From Candidatus Saccharimonadota bacterium (lineage in GTDB: Bacteria; Patescibacteriota; Gracilibacteria; Absconditabacterales; Absconditicoccaceae): 32,000 nt of DNA. Shown here piece after piece: positions 1 to 10,233 of the stretch. The DNA is taken from NCBI GenBank assembly GCA_965231145.1, contig OZ246420.1, positions 900,001-932,000 on the forward strand. The letters run 5' to 3'. Positions within the stretch are counted from its first letter, which is position 1. Every line of letters begins with the position of its first letter. Both the position numbers and the translations under genes were made by a program. Under the pieces are notes generated by a model. It saw only the letters and a list, made by a program, of their open reading frames with translations, had not been told where the DNA came from and made no database searches.

Positions 1-282
1 GATCAAAGCCATCTCATGAAGCAACTCATGCGTCTGTGCAAATTGTATTATCTCTTTGTCGGCAGTTCATCCACACGCCTTATAAGCAAGATACACAAGA
101 TACGGTCTTACACGCTTGCCACCACTAAACGTAAAATCATCAATATATGCAACAATTTGTTGCATCCTTGGAGAGGAAGCTATTTTCTGCGATTGTTTTA
201 CTTTCGCAGCGATGTATTTTCTGAGTTCTTTATCAAATATTTGCTTAAATGCTTTGATGTCCATCAGTTTGGGCTTTTTCAA
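1..282 (-). CDS. trans-polyprenyl diphosphate synthase, N-terminal part (3' end runs off the left edge)
   Basis: Track ORF 67..282 (...GGKRVRPYLVYLAYKACG) continues through in-frame TGA at 67-69 into TADKEIIQFAQTHELLHEMALI. That is the helix preceding the first DDxxD motif of isoprenyl diphosphate synthases. Start is TTG 282 or ATG 264. Confidence 0.75.
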
Positions 283-331
283 GCGCTAAATGCGATACAG
301 TATACCGATCGACCTTGCGAATGCAAATCAG

Positions 332-359
332 AAAAACTCAGCTAATATGCTGAGTTTTT
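332..359 (-). terminator. rho-independent-type hairpin after the InsA-like gene
   Basis: AAAAACTCAGC-TAATAT-GCTGAGTTTTT is a perfect 11-bp dyad with flanking A/T runs. It overlaps the TAA stop at 358-360. Confidence 0.6.
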
Positions 360-657
360 AATGTGAACACTGAGTACAATTTCATTTATGTTTCTTCGCC
401 CATGCAATGATCGTAGAAGTCGAAAGAGAAAATTTTTCTGCGACGCTGCGAGCATCATTACCTGTATGACAGTACTCATCAACGACTTGCTGACGAAATC
501 ATTCGTCATAGGTTCCTCTTGCTCCGCCTACCGTAAAATGTTTGCGGCAATCGCCGCAACGAAATCTCTGTCCGCCCGTGGGAAGCTGTCCGTTTTTTTG
601 AATGCGACCGCTGTGACAGAATAAACAATCTATAAGACGTTTGAGATGTTTTTTCAT
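358..657 (-). CDS. IS1-type InsA-like zinc-ribbon + HTH protein (orphan, ~99 aa)
   Basis: MKKHLKRLIDCLFCHSGRIQKNGQLPTGGQRFRCGDCRKHFTV...YDE[TGA=G]FRQQVVDEYCHTGNDARSVAEKFSLSTSTIIAWAKKHK. The CxxC...QR(F/Y)xCxxCxK pattern matches IS1 InsA / Zn_Tnp_IS1 and is followed by an HTH-like segment. Two in-frame TGA; stop TAA 358-360. Confidence 0.6.
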
Positions 658-679
658 GATGATATCTAATACAAAGAAC

Positions 680-703
680 GCCCCGAGTGTACACACCCGA
701 GGC
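680..703 (-). terminator. hairpin downstream of the His-rich membrane protein gene
   Basis: Minus-strand RNA GCCUCGGGUG-UGUA-CACUCGGGGC forms a 10-bp stem. It needs two G:U pairs that only work on the minus strand, and is followed by a U-containing tract. Confidence 0.45.
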
Positions 704-710
704 AAAAAGT

Positions 711-1256
711 CTATCTTTTTTTCAAAGAAACCGTGAATTTATTTTTAAGTCCCAATCTACGGAGCACGGCATCTCTCCACCAAAATGAAATAGTCACGAA
801 AACAATAATAGCACCAAGCGCGACAAATTCTACTGTCTCACTCCCCGCTTCTTCGTGCTCATGAAGTTCAAAGCCAATAAGACGTGGAACGATATGCAAC
901 AAGACAATATGTGCGATAAGTATCAACGTAGAAATCGAAAAGAATTTTCCTACTGACTGCGCTGTGTTATCATTATGCTTTGACCATCTATGGATCCACC
1001 ACCAATTAATGATTGCAAGAAGAATAACACCTAACAAATGGATACCTTGTAATACTCCCTCATAACCAATCATATCTTGCCAGCTCATATGATTTACCGC
1101 CGCGATGATGATAAGTTCAATAGCAAGAACGAGAATATTATAGATTATCGTTGCGATGCAGATCGGATGCTCCTTGAGATGCTTCCGGGAAAGATCGTGA
1201 TGATGATTGTGTGCGTGCATAGAGAGTATTATTTTAAGATGAATAATAAAGAACAT
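711..1256 (-). CDS. hypothetical multi-pass membrane protein with His-rich N-terminus
   Basis: Uninterrupted 181-aa ORF with stop TAG 711-713. It has about 4 hydrophobic helices, an MHAHNHHHD N-terminus (alternative start 1220) and an ELHEHEE loop. No family recognised. Confidence 0.6.
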   Translation of the reverse strand: MFFIIHLKIILSMHAHNHHHDLSRKHLKEHPICIATIIYNILVLAIELIIIAAVNHMSWQDMIGYEGVLQGIHLLGVILLAIINWWWIHRWSKHNDNTAQSVGKFFSISTLILIAHIVLLHIVPRLIGFELHEHEEAGSETVEFVALGAIIVFVTISFWWRDAVLRRLGLKNKFTVSLKKR

Positions 1257-1302
1257 AGAGCTAGCCCCGGTAAACCAGGGCTAGTCAATAAAGCATTTTG
1301 AC

Positions 1303-1608
1303 TTACTGTAAATAAGCATGCAATCTTTTTTGGGCAGCTACGATATAGCTGTTTTCCGGCTGTCGGGCAGGGAAAGTTTTTGTACCTACTTTCATATATA
1401 CATTACTTCCTGCCACGAGAATACTGCCACCCATTTTACACCCATAGGTAGCAGCATCTATAGCTACCGTAGCATGATTAGCGGCCACATGCGTCCGCGC
1501 GAACGCACAATTATTACATGGATTCGAACCGCCCGGACTATCGCATGGATGAGAGAGACATGGAGCAACATTTACCATTGCAGAACCAGTAAGAGATTTT
1601 TGTTTCAT
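1303..1608 (-). CDS. hypothetical small Cys-rich protein (101 aa)
   Basis: Uninterrupted ORF with TAA stop. Contains CLSHPCDSPGGSNPCNNC plus a later GCK. A dyad CTAGCCC-N10-GGGCTAG (1261-1284) lies downstream. No family recognised. Confidence 0.45.
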   Translation of the reverse strand: MKQKSLTGSAMVNVAPCLSHPCDSPGGSNPCNNCAFARTHVAANHATVAIDAATYGCKMGGSILVAGSNVYMKVGTKTFPARQPENSYIVAAQKRLHAYLQ

Positions 1609-1782
1609 TAGGTTTTCTATTTATGTGAATCTGTATTGTACCACTCTTCTCCTCAAAATCAATACAATATTCCTCAAAACTACAACAACCATAATCTGGC
1701 CTTGAAACTTATTTCTTTTTCTCTTATAGTACGTACGTTCTTTTGTTTTACATAAAAAGCAAGAGATTATCGATATAAACTT

Positions 1783-2004
1783 TTCTCACTCCTGCCGGAG
1801 GGGCGTTACTTTTTAGCATATCCCTAAAAAGCAACCAAAAAGGTCTAGTCGGATATAGCACTACGAGCCTGTGAGTTATTCAAACATTGAATACGACGTC
1901 TTTCGCTGTCGCGCGCATCACAGCGACTCCAGCTCAATACTACCATTCTTATTATATTTCACGATCGCAAAGAGAAGACGTGGGGTATATCCGACGAATA
2001 AGAA
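1783..2004 (+). repeat. copy A of a ~220-nt dispersed element (candidate structured RNA / cis-leader); inverted partner at 25727-25945
   Basis: Reverse complement of 25727-25945 aligns with about 11 mismatches over ~185 nt outside a ~28-nt variable core. Hairpins are conserved (1809-1831, 1903-1926). Long-range pairing links 1848-1857 to 1986-1995. Confidence 0.8.
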
Positions 2005-2030
2005 TCTCTTTATTGATAATTTAAAATCAT

Positions 2031-3221
2031 ATGCATATAAGCCAACCCTTAGCAGCCCTCCTCCGCCCACAAAAACTCGATGAGCTAGTCGGACAAAAAC
2101 AGATCATCGAGCAAATGAGATCATATATTACTTCAGGGAAGATCCCATCAATGGTATTTCGATGACCTCCGGGCTCAGGAAAGACAACACTTGCAATAGT
2201 GCTCAGTCATGAACTCGAAGCAGACTTTGTGCATCTGTCTTGAGTCAGCAGCAAAAAAAGTGATCTCAGTGAGATCATCCATCAGGCACAGATGAACAAA
2301 TGATACAACAAAAGAACTATCGTTTTCTTAGACGAAATTCATCGTCGAAATAAAGCGCAGCAAGATGCGCTACTTCCTTATGTAGAAGACTGAACTATTA
2401 TATTAATAGGAGCAACGACAGAAAATCCTAGCTTTACTATTAACAATGCATTGCTCTCGCGCACAAAGGTAATAGTTTTCGATAAACATACCGAAGACGA
2501 TATCGTAAAATTCATCGAAAGTCACATAAGTGACATACAAAGACTCTATCCATGAATTGAGATTCCTATCGAAACCGTAGAGCTTATCTCAAGGCTCGCG
2601 AACGGTGATCTGAGAAATGCGTTAAATCTTACAGAATGATGACTCATGATCCAATGAACGTGAATACTTGATCCGCAAACTATTCTTATCGCCTATGGAA
2701 AACCAGTCTACTACGATCGCAATGGCGAAGAACATTATAATATCATTTCCGCTGTACACAAATCGCTTCGCGATAGCGACGCAGATGCAGCATGTTACCG
2801 AGTGCAAAGGATGCTGCAGTGATGAGAAGATCCACTCTACATCTGCCGTCGCCTCGTCCGCTTTGCGAGTGAAGATATCGGGCCCGCAGACAACAACGCC
2901 CTCCTTCTTGCCAACACCGTCTACGACGTCTGTGCAAAGCTTTGAATGCCTGAGTGCGACAATGCATTAATGCAATTAACACTCTATCTCGCGAAAGCAA
3001 AAAAGAATAACATCTGTTATGTTATCTCACAGGAAACGAAAAAAGATGTCATGCAGTTCGGCAATCTCCCTGTGCCTTTGCACATCCGTAATGCGCCATC
3101 AAAATTAATGAAAAACTTAGGCTACGGAAAATGATACAAGTATGCTCATGATTATGAAGATGCTAAAGTCGATCAGGAACATTTTCCTGATGAACTAAGA
3201 GGCAGAAAATATGCGGAATAA
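2031..3221 (+). CDS. rarA: recombination factor / replication-associated AAA+ ATPase RarA (MgsA)
   Basis: [20 protein letters not shown]..., Walker A [TGA]PPGSGKTT (TGA 2163-2165), [24 protein letters not shown][TGA][14 protein letters not shown] (TGA 2391-2393), and C-terminal ...[17 protein letters not shown][TGA]YKYAHDY. Thirteen in-frame TGA; stop TAA 3219-3221. Confidence 0.93.
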
Positions 3222-3341
3222 TTGGAAATTCTCAGTGCTAAATTCTCAATATAACAATGACGCCTTAAAATATAGCGGCATCGCCGCCTTTCTTTATAAT
3301 AAAAAACAACTATTCTTTATTTCATTCGTAATTCGTAATTG

Positions 3342-4403
3342 TTAATTTGTAATTATATTAAACACCCTTGCCCAGTGCTTCTTCCACACTTCTCCAAATG
3401 ACTCTTCTAAAAACCTCCCTCTTCCTCACTGCCCGACGACTTCGCCGCTTGAGTTTACGAGAAATGCAAATGAGCCATCGAGTCATTCTCCTTTCTTCTC
3501 TCGTCAAAGTATTCCTCACTGTTTCACCGCACCAATAAGGATATTTCCACTTCCTGCGCGGCTATAACTCGTTCGTCACTGTGCCCATTTTTCTACTTCC
3601 TGTACGTTCGGCTTATCTTTGAATGTTTTACGAATGAGACTATTATTTCAAATATAACGCCACGCTAAATTAGCAGCATCTGTATCAAATAGCGAATAGT
3701 AAGATTCGTAATATCCGACTCCCGCCTGTACAACCCCACGCCAAAGAAATGCCTGCAATGGCTCGGGAGAGGTCATAATACGGCTATAGGAAATTCATTG
3801 TTGCTGCAAAGAGTCTTCCATCTTTTGAGTAGCTACATGCTTTGCAAAAAATGTGAACAACGGATAGATAACGATCCATACAGCTCCTATAAGATATCAA
3901 ATTTTCCTTAGGGGCTTCTTTTTGAGGAAAATATATATAAACCAAAGTGCGATTAGCGGAAGCGTATAGAAAAAATCTATGACGAAAATATTGTCAAAAG
4001 AGTACGTAAGTGACGAAAATGGCAACAGATATCTTCCCCCGTATGCGGTCATGGCATCTACTAAAAGATGACCTAAGAGAATACTCAGGTATGAACCGAG
4101 AGCCCAACGCCATCGTGGACGATGATAACGATCTGTCTTTGCGCAGACAAAACCCACAAGCAATGCCACAACGATATTGAAAAATACCGAATGACTGAGA
4201 CCTCTATGAAACAGAAATTCACTCATATAGTCTTTATGCGGAATATATCTCCCAATAAAAATATCAAGATCGGGAATGTTGGTAATAAGCCCTCATAAGA
4301 TAAGTGCTTTGTTACGCTGCCATCGAGATGCCTGCACAGGCGTTTCTCCAACTACCTTTTCCAGGATCCATCCTCCAATAACTCACTGTGTAATATTATC
4401 CAT
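3342..4403 (-). CDS. YdjM/DUF457-family membrane-bound metal-dependent hydrolase (long form, 353 aa)
   Basis: MDNITQ[G]VIGGWILEK...LI TNIPDLDIF...FHRGLSHSVFF are the family N-terminal motifs. Track ORF 3897..4226 is only the middle part. Reading through about 10 TGA extends the gene to TAA 3342-3344, with no TAA/TAG in between (checked codon by codon). Confidence 0.8.
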
Positions 4404-4512
4404 AACTCACAAACTTAAAACTAAAATCTTAAAACTAACTTTCAGTTTTTATGTAATAGACACCTAATTACAACGGACATTATTTTTACTATAAAAAAAT
4501 AATCCTTTCGGA

Positions 4513-5100
4513 TTATCTTTTACTAATGATAGGTTGTGGTATGACCTGTGCTGCATAGTGAAGCGTCACATAATATCTCTTGAGAGTTGGATCGACAGAG
4601 ACACCGAGTCCCATGGTTTGGAAGTATGGATGCACAAGTGCTTTATAGTGCATACCCATGTATGGTTTTTCTTTCATAAAAAAAGTCCATGTAGTTTTGA
4701 GCGCAGCGATAAGATCATCAGTACAGTCATCTTTTTTACATGAGAAATATCCGTATCCAAGACTCTCACTAAATGTTGCACGATTGATATTTTTAAATCT
4801 TACTCCATGACCTGCAAACCATTTTTCAATGCCACCATAATTATAGTAACCATCGTTGGCTGAACGCTTATGGTCGATAGTTTGATTGACGAGCGCATTC
4901 TGACTCCACATTTGTGCGGTCTCAGAAAGTCTCGTATCTATCGTATACTCAGGAAGTTCGAGAGATGTTCTTAGTTCATTATTTCGATCGAGCCATACTT
5001 GCTCTACTTTTCACATATCTATATCTCATGCGGCTGCAAATACTGGCGCGCACATAACTACTACGGCAATAACATACTTTTTCCGCAATCACGTGGACAT
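4513..5100 (-). CDS. secreted CAP/SCP (YkwD-like) domain protein
   Basis: Signal-like N-terminus MST[G]LRKKYVIAVVVMCAPVFAAA, then ...WLDRNNELRTSLELPEYTIDTRLSETAQMWSQNAL...HYKALVHPYF... typical of CAP domains. Three TGA lie upstream of the track ORF. A hairpin AATAATCC-TTTC-GGATTATC sits at the stop. Confidence 0.75.
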
Positions 5101-5194
5101 GTCGTTGAGGAGAAAAATAAATATAAGTACGAATGTGATTTTTTACGTCTATTCCAATTTATATTTTTCTCCTGCATTCGCAACACAAAATGCA

Positions 5195-6250
5195 TTACAT
5201 ATATTTTTTCTTACAAGGTACACACACATATATTCATGGGCTCTGTTCTATAAGCATTCATTTCATCTCTAATATACTCATATGTACCAATAATTCTTCA
5301 GATGTGTAGCCGGTTTTCTCTCCGAGCAACATCATAGACGCCTCATCATACTCTTTCAGAACAGCAACTATTTTTTTCTCTTCATCATTCAAATCCTCAC
5401 GGATACTGATACAAGATACTGATACCGTTTTTCCTGTATCTGTATCAGTCATCTGTATCTGAGATTTACGGGGATAATGTTTCTCAAGAAATGAGCGAAG
5501 ATCAGCAAGAGGTGCAATACGTCCATTTACAATATATGTATTCGTTCCTCTACTACTCTCGAGAAAGATACTATTCATAGGAGCGACGACAGGCTTTTGC
5601 AAATCATATCATATATCTGCGGTAATTAGTGATCATGACTTTTCTTTTGCTTCTGGCAAAAAAATCGTATCCGAAAGAGATGCGATGATACGATTGCGCT
5701 GAGGAAATGATCGGTTTGTTGGACGGAAAGAATGTTTGTATTCTGACACTATCAATCATCCTCCCTGTACTATTTTTTCCATCAATGTTCTTTTTTCCCC
5801 ACGAAGAAACACTTTGAATCCTCATCAAAGTACTGCAATGGTAGAGATACCATACTTTAGGGAAAGTTCATGACACAACGTATCTACTCCAGGCGCCATA
5901 CCAGAGACCGTCACGATATCAAAATATTGTAGTTGCTCGAAGAGCGCTTCAAGGACTTGCTCCGCATAGGGACTCATGAGCCTAGGGCCGACAATAGCTA
6001 AAGTCGGCTTTTCAAGGACTGACAAGCTGCCTTGGTAGTAGAGCACATACGGCGCCTGCGGCGCCGTTTGTAACCTCCAGTGATAGTCAGGATCACCTTG
6101 GATAGTGGCATCTATGCTATTTTCAGCCATTCGTTGCTGGATAACATCAACGTCGACCGAAGGCAGCTCGGGAGAAGATCTTAGCTGCGCCTGGGTGATA
6201 TCATCGACAATTGAATAATAATATGCATGATAGGCTGTTTTTTTGTCCAT
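5195..6250 (-). CDS. dprA: DNA-processing protein DprA (Smf)
   Basis: Three track ORFs (5825..6250, 5604..5828, 5258..5602) fuse in one frame: ...VSGMAPGVDTLCHELSLKYGISTIAVL[TGA][TGA]GF...VQGG[TGA]LIVSEY...FPQRNRIIASLSDTIFLPEAKEKS[TGA]SLITADI... The tandem TGA is at 5822-5827. The first real stop is TAA 5195-5197. Confidence 0.92.
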
Positions 6251-6396
6251 TGAGAGTGTTTTAGGTATAATAAGAAGGGAAATTAATGGTTTGTACCGTT
6301 TTTACCAGAAAATAAGGGAAACAAAGGTCTATACTCGCAAATTATGACAATTTGAGAAAATATTAAATATATATTTTTCAAAAAGTCATCTCTTAT

Positions 6397-6424
6397 TTGA
6401 CAGATTTAGCTTTTAATATATAAT
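6397..6424 (+). promoter_or_regulatory. sigma70-like promoter abutting the M23 peptidase start
   Basis: TTGACA (6397-6402), 16-nt spacer, TATAAT (6419-6424). The ATG at 6429 is only 4 nt downstream of the -10 box. Confidence 0.5.
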
Positions 6425-6428
6425 ATAG

Positions 6429-7790
6429 ATGCATAAGAATTTAGCAGATTTGCATCAGCACATGAAACAGCACTTGAAAACAAACGCTCATCTACGGAAG
6501 AAAACCGCAATCATCGCTTTTCTTCTCCTACAAGCTACATCTTTTCTAATCAACGGAAATGGATTTTCATGGTCATATCCTCTCAAGGAAGTTTCTAAAG
6601 ACTCTGCATGCAGAAAAAAAGTGTGGAGCGATCTAAGCGAGGATTGTAAGCAGCCACTTCCTATTATCAAAGGAGCGAAATATGAAAACTATAAGGATAA
6701 TCCCGCATATACTTCTATCTACACTACCATGTGGGGAGCTCCCTACGATAATGGTTGGGCTATAGGTCAAGGAGCTCACGAAGGAGTAGATATTGTTTCT
6801 TCAGAAGGAACTCCTGTGTATTCTGTAGAAGATGGAACTGTCATAAGAGCAAGAGCCCAGGCAGGTTATGGGAATGTCGTCATGATAAAGCATATTCTTC
6901 CTGATAACACACCAGTGTTTTCTGTCTATGGACACTTGCATACTATTACCATCCCAGAAGGAGCAAAAGTTAAAGAGGGAGAGATGATCGGAACAGTAGG
7001 AAATGTAGGATTCTCTTTCGGAAATCACCTCCTGTGGAATATTCATATCTCACCAACAAATACATATGCGTTCTGGGGATGTCCAGAATATGGAAATGGA
7101 ACAACATTTAACGTCATAGCAAATATTGTAAATAACGGTCTTTGCAGAAGTTATCTTCTTGAAAGAACCGCAGATCCTATCGCATGGATCGAGTCACAAT
7201 GAGGGACAATTAGTCTCAATAGTACTACTCCATCACCGATCTCTACAGTTGCGACGACCAATAGAAAAAGAATGCCACTCGTAGCACTTGCACCAACTTT
7301 TGATAAACCTGTAGTAAATAATGTGACTTCAACAACCATCCAGAAATCTCTCGCAACGCGTATAGTCACAACCAATGAAATTCCTAAAAATAGTATAGCG
7401 CTCGCAACTCCTACCACAACGAAAACGACAACAGAAAAAGGAGCAACAGTAGAACTTGCAAATACAAGCACACTCGGAGAATCATTTCTTGAAAAATATA
7501 CGATCTCTCTTCTCCCATCATTCTCAAACAATCTCCAGGTATGACAGACAACCAGCATGGTTATCCAGGTTACAGACAAAAGTGGCAAGCCATTTGTTGG
7601 AAAACTTCCGAAAGATATAACACTTATACCATCTGAGAACATCATCTCACTTTCTCCTCAGGTAATCAGACTTACCAATAGTGATGGTAAAGCTATCGTT
7701 CTCATAAGTGCTGATCAAGCAGGGACAACATCACTTATAGCTTCATACAACATGAAGACTCTCTCTAAAATGAATATTACTGTTAAATAA
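6429..7790 (+). CDS. M23 (LytM-type) peptidoglycan metallo-endopeptidase with Thr-rich linker and C-terminal Ig-like domain
   Basis: HEGVDIVSSEGTPVYSVEDGTVIRA...GYGNVVMIKH...VYGHL...GNVGFSFGNHLLWNIHI. ORFs 6429..7202, 7272..7544 and 7557..7790 share one frame and are joined by TGA at 7200 and 7542. Stop TAA 7788-7790. An alternative start is ATG 6462 (MKQHLK... signal-like). Confidence 0.85.
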
Positions 7791-7830
7791 ATCATACAGG
7801 CTACAACCTATAGTAATATTATTTCATAAA

Positions 7831-7861
7831 AAAAATCGCTTTTAACTAAAGCGATTTTTTA
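7831..7861. terminator. bidirectional terminator between convergent genes
   Basis: AAATCGCTTT-TAACT-AAAGCGATTT, flanked by an A-run and a T-run. Confidence 0.7.
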
Positions 7862-7923
7862 TACATAGAACATTAGTCAATAATTCTTCGTTATATGTAA
7901 TTATGGTTTTTGAATTTAGTTTA

Positions 7924-9594
7924 TTAGCGTCTACGAGCAACAATATTGAGCTTATAGAGACCAAATAACAGTCCTGAAATAAGAAGCATGAAAAGGATAT
8001 TTTGCATAGGTCCTACTTTCACTTTTTGCGTTGAGTCGAGCTGCAATGCGCTTCCATCGCTACAGATGGCAACAACCGCATAGTACGCATAGGTATCTCT
8101 TGGAGCATTTACATCATATGGATACGCAAACTTGCTATCTGCAGTTTCACCTACCTTTTGCATCCCTGCAATACCACCATTTGGATCAACGGGCGTATCT
8201 GAACGATAGATGATATATCTGTCTGCTCCATCAACCTTATCCCATGTAAGATAGTATTGATCTGCGATTTTTCTCTGAAGCACTCTAATTCCCTCTACTC
8301 TACAGACTGGAGCTGAACCTTTTGTTGCCTCGATCATAACGATATCTGAAGGTTCACCAATCTGTTTCCCAAGAAGATCTGACGGCGTGATCTGAAGATA
8401 ATATGGCTGAGAGAAATCCATACCAGTAAGTATTGTAGATGCACCGCTTACCACGATACCTTGCGCCGCAGATACATCACCTTTTTCACGAGCATATTGG
8501 ATAGAGAAATATGGGATTTCTCCTTCAAGGTAATTACCAAGATACGTCCATGAAAGATGAAGATTTGTCTTATCTATATTGTCTATGAAATATTTGATCT
8601 CCTGTACTGATTTTGCATCGACGACATTTACCCGACCAATATTATCATATGGCTTATCAACTCCGTTGGCGTTGACGACTGCGTCTACAGTGAACATACC
8701 TGCTTTATCCATAAGATATTCTTTTCTCCATGTCGTTGCATCAGCGCTTTCAAGAACTATCTTTTGTGCTTTTGCATCGTCAGAGATGAGACTAAGATTT
8801 ACTGACTTCGCATCGTTCGTATGGAAGATAAATGTTACCTTCTGTCCTTGCTTTACGGTATTTCCTGGAAGAATCTCAAATCCGCTTACAACAAGCGCTT
8901 CTGCAGGCTTATACGTAAAGTTTATTTCATCAGACTTTGCTGCCTCGCTTCCTTGTGCATCAGTAATTTTTGCTTGCAGCGTATTTGATCCTGGTTTAAT
9001 ATCATTGATATATACATTGAAGTCTCCGTTAGTTGATGTCAGCTCATCCTTTACTTTGATACCATTGATATAGAGTTGCAAAGGAGAATTTTTGAGCGAA
9101 CTATTTCCGACGACATTGATAGTTTTATTGGTTTCGATACTGTCTGGCGTCGGAGAGGAAATAGAGATTATACCGAGTGCGCCTGTATCATCATCACCTT
9201 TGATCACGAGTGCTGATTCACCCTTGATCGACTCATTGATAATTTCACTTACTTTCACGCTATATGTTCCTGCTTTTTTCACGACAAGTCCTTTTGAAAA
9301 TGTTTTTACTCCTTGATCACTTGGAAGGAACGTATATATACCATCGGAAGGTAAACTATAATCTTGTGAGTCTACAGAGACACTTGCAGATGTAAGGTCA
9401 ATGAAAATGTCACCAGCATATTCCTTTACGACATTGCCATTTGCATCAAGCGCCTTCACGGTGAGATCCAGAGCCTGATTGATAACAGCCGTCGTTGGTG
9501 AGAGCTGCACCGAGAAGGTAGTTGCATCAGCTGCAAATGCAGATCAGAATATAAACGATAAAGCTGGGAGTAAAAAAGCTAAAGCCTTTTTCAT
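7924..9594 (-). CDS. secreted cell-surface protein (556 aa) with tandem Ig/FN3-like beta domains and a C-terminal TM anchor
   Basis: Signal peptide MKKALAFLLPALSFIF[G]SAFAADA lies upstream of track ORF 7924..9510. The beta-rich repeats look Ig-like. The C-terminus is ...GPMQNILFMLLISGLLFGLYKLNIVARRR (hydrophobic helix plus basic tail). Stop TAA. Confidence 0.7.
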
Positions 9595-9644
9595 GAAAGA
9601 GAAGAGAAAGAGAAAAATAAAATCATAACGACTAAATATGTCTT

Positions 9645-10133
9645 TTACTGTTTTCTTATAGCAAGTCCATCCATACTTCATCCGCTAAAAAGCATAGAAG
9701 CGTCAGATATAGTTATATCTTCTGCACTTCCTGAGAACGGAAGCGCTAAAAGCATAGATTTTGCGTCAACACCTGTAGTAATAAAGAGTGTGATCTGAAG
9801 AAAACCTCCCTTACCTGATGATGATGTGAAATCATAAGGTGTTTGTATCTGTTTTGCCTCAGGGATAACTACTTCAGGATCGTAGACGATAGTAAATGTC
9901 AGCGACTGTGCATCCTGAAACACTTTTTCGCTCTGCACACTCAACAAACCGCTTCCTACAACATAACTAATATCGCCCGCATAGATCGATGAGGTATCAC
10001 CTTTACCTTGCAATACGTCCGCCGTTAATAGACCTGACTTATTGACTCCTACGGATAGTCCCACAACAATTACAGCAGCAATAGCGATAGCAACCACATG
10101 TTCATGGAGACTTCTTTTTTTTCAATTTACCAT
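9645..10133 (-). CDS. hypothetical N-terminally anchored protein, possibly cohesin-like beta domain
   Basis: MVN[G]KKRSLHEHVVAIAIAAVIVVGLSVGV... followed by ...SLTFTIVYDPEVVIP...GFLQITLF... The gene extends past track ORF 9678..10097 at both ends via TGA. Stop TAA 9645-9647. Confidence 0.55.
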
Positions 10134-10233
10134 CCTTTTGTGAGGATTTTCAAGATAAACAAGGGAAAAGTACGGTTTCCTTAGCCGTATGCAATAGTTA
10201 TGGTAGTTATTTTATTGTTATTATTCATTTTTA

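Noticed and set aside
1519-1529. GGATTCGAACC, the reverse complement of the canonical tRNA T-loop GGTTCGAATCC, suggested a minus-strand tRNA.
   Set aside because: The flanking bases do not form a T-stem (GGCGG vs CCATG). I could not build an acceptor or anticodon arm. The site lies inside the uninterrupted 101-aa ORF 1303..1608.
7151-9316. Long track ORFs antisense to or overlapping real genes (7151..7645 -, 8031..8213 +, 8579..9073 +, 9092..9316 +; likewise 11600..11985, 16709..17031, 23904..24200, 28685..29231).
   Set aside because: They overlap genes with strong homology-style motifs on the other strand or in another frame. They have low-complexity or odd composition. They are expected by-products of AT-rich or biased sequence.
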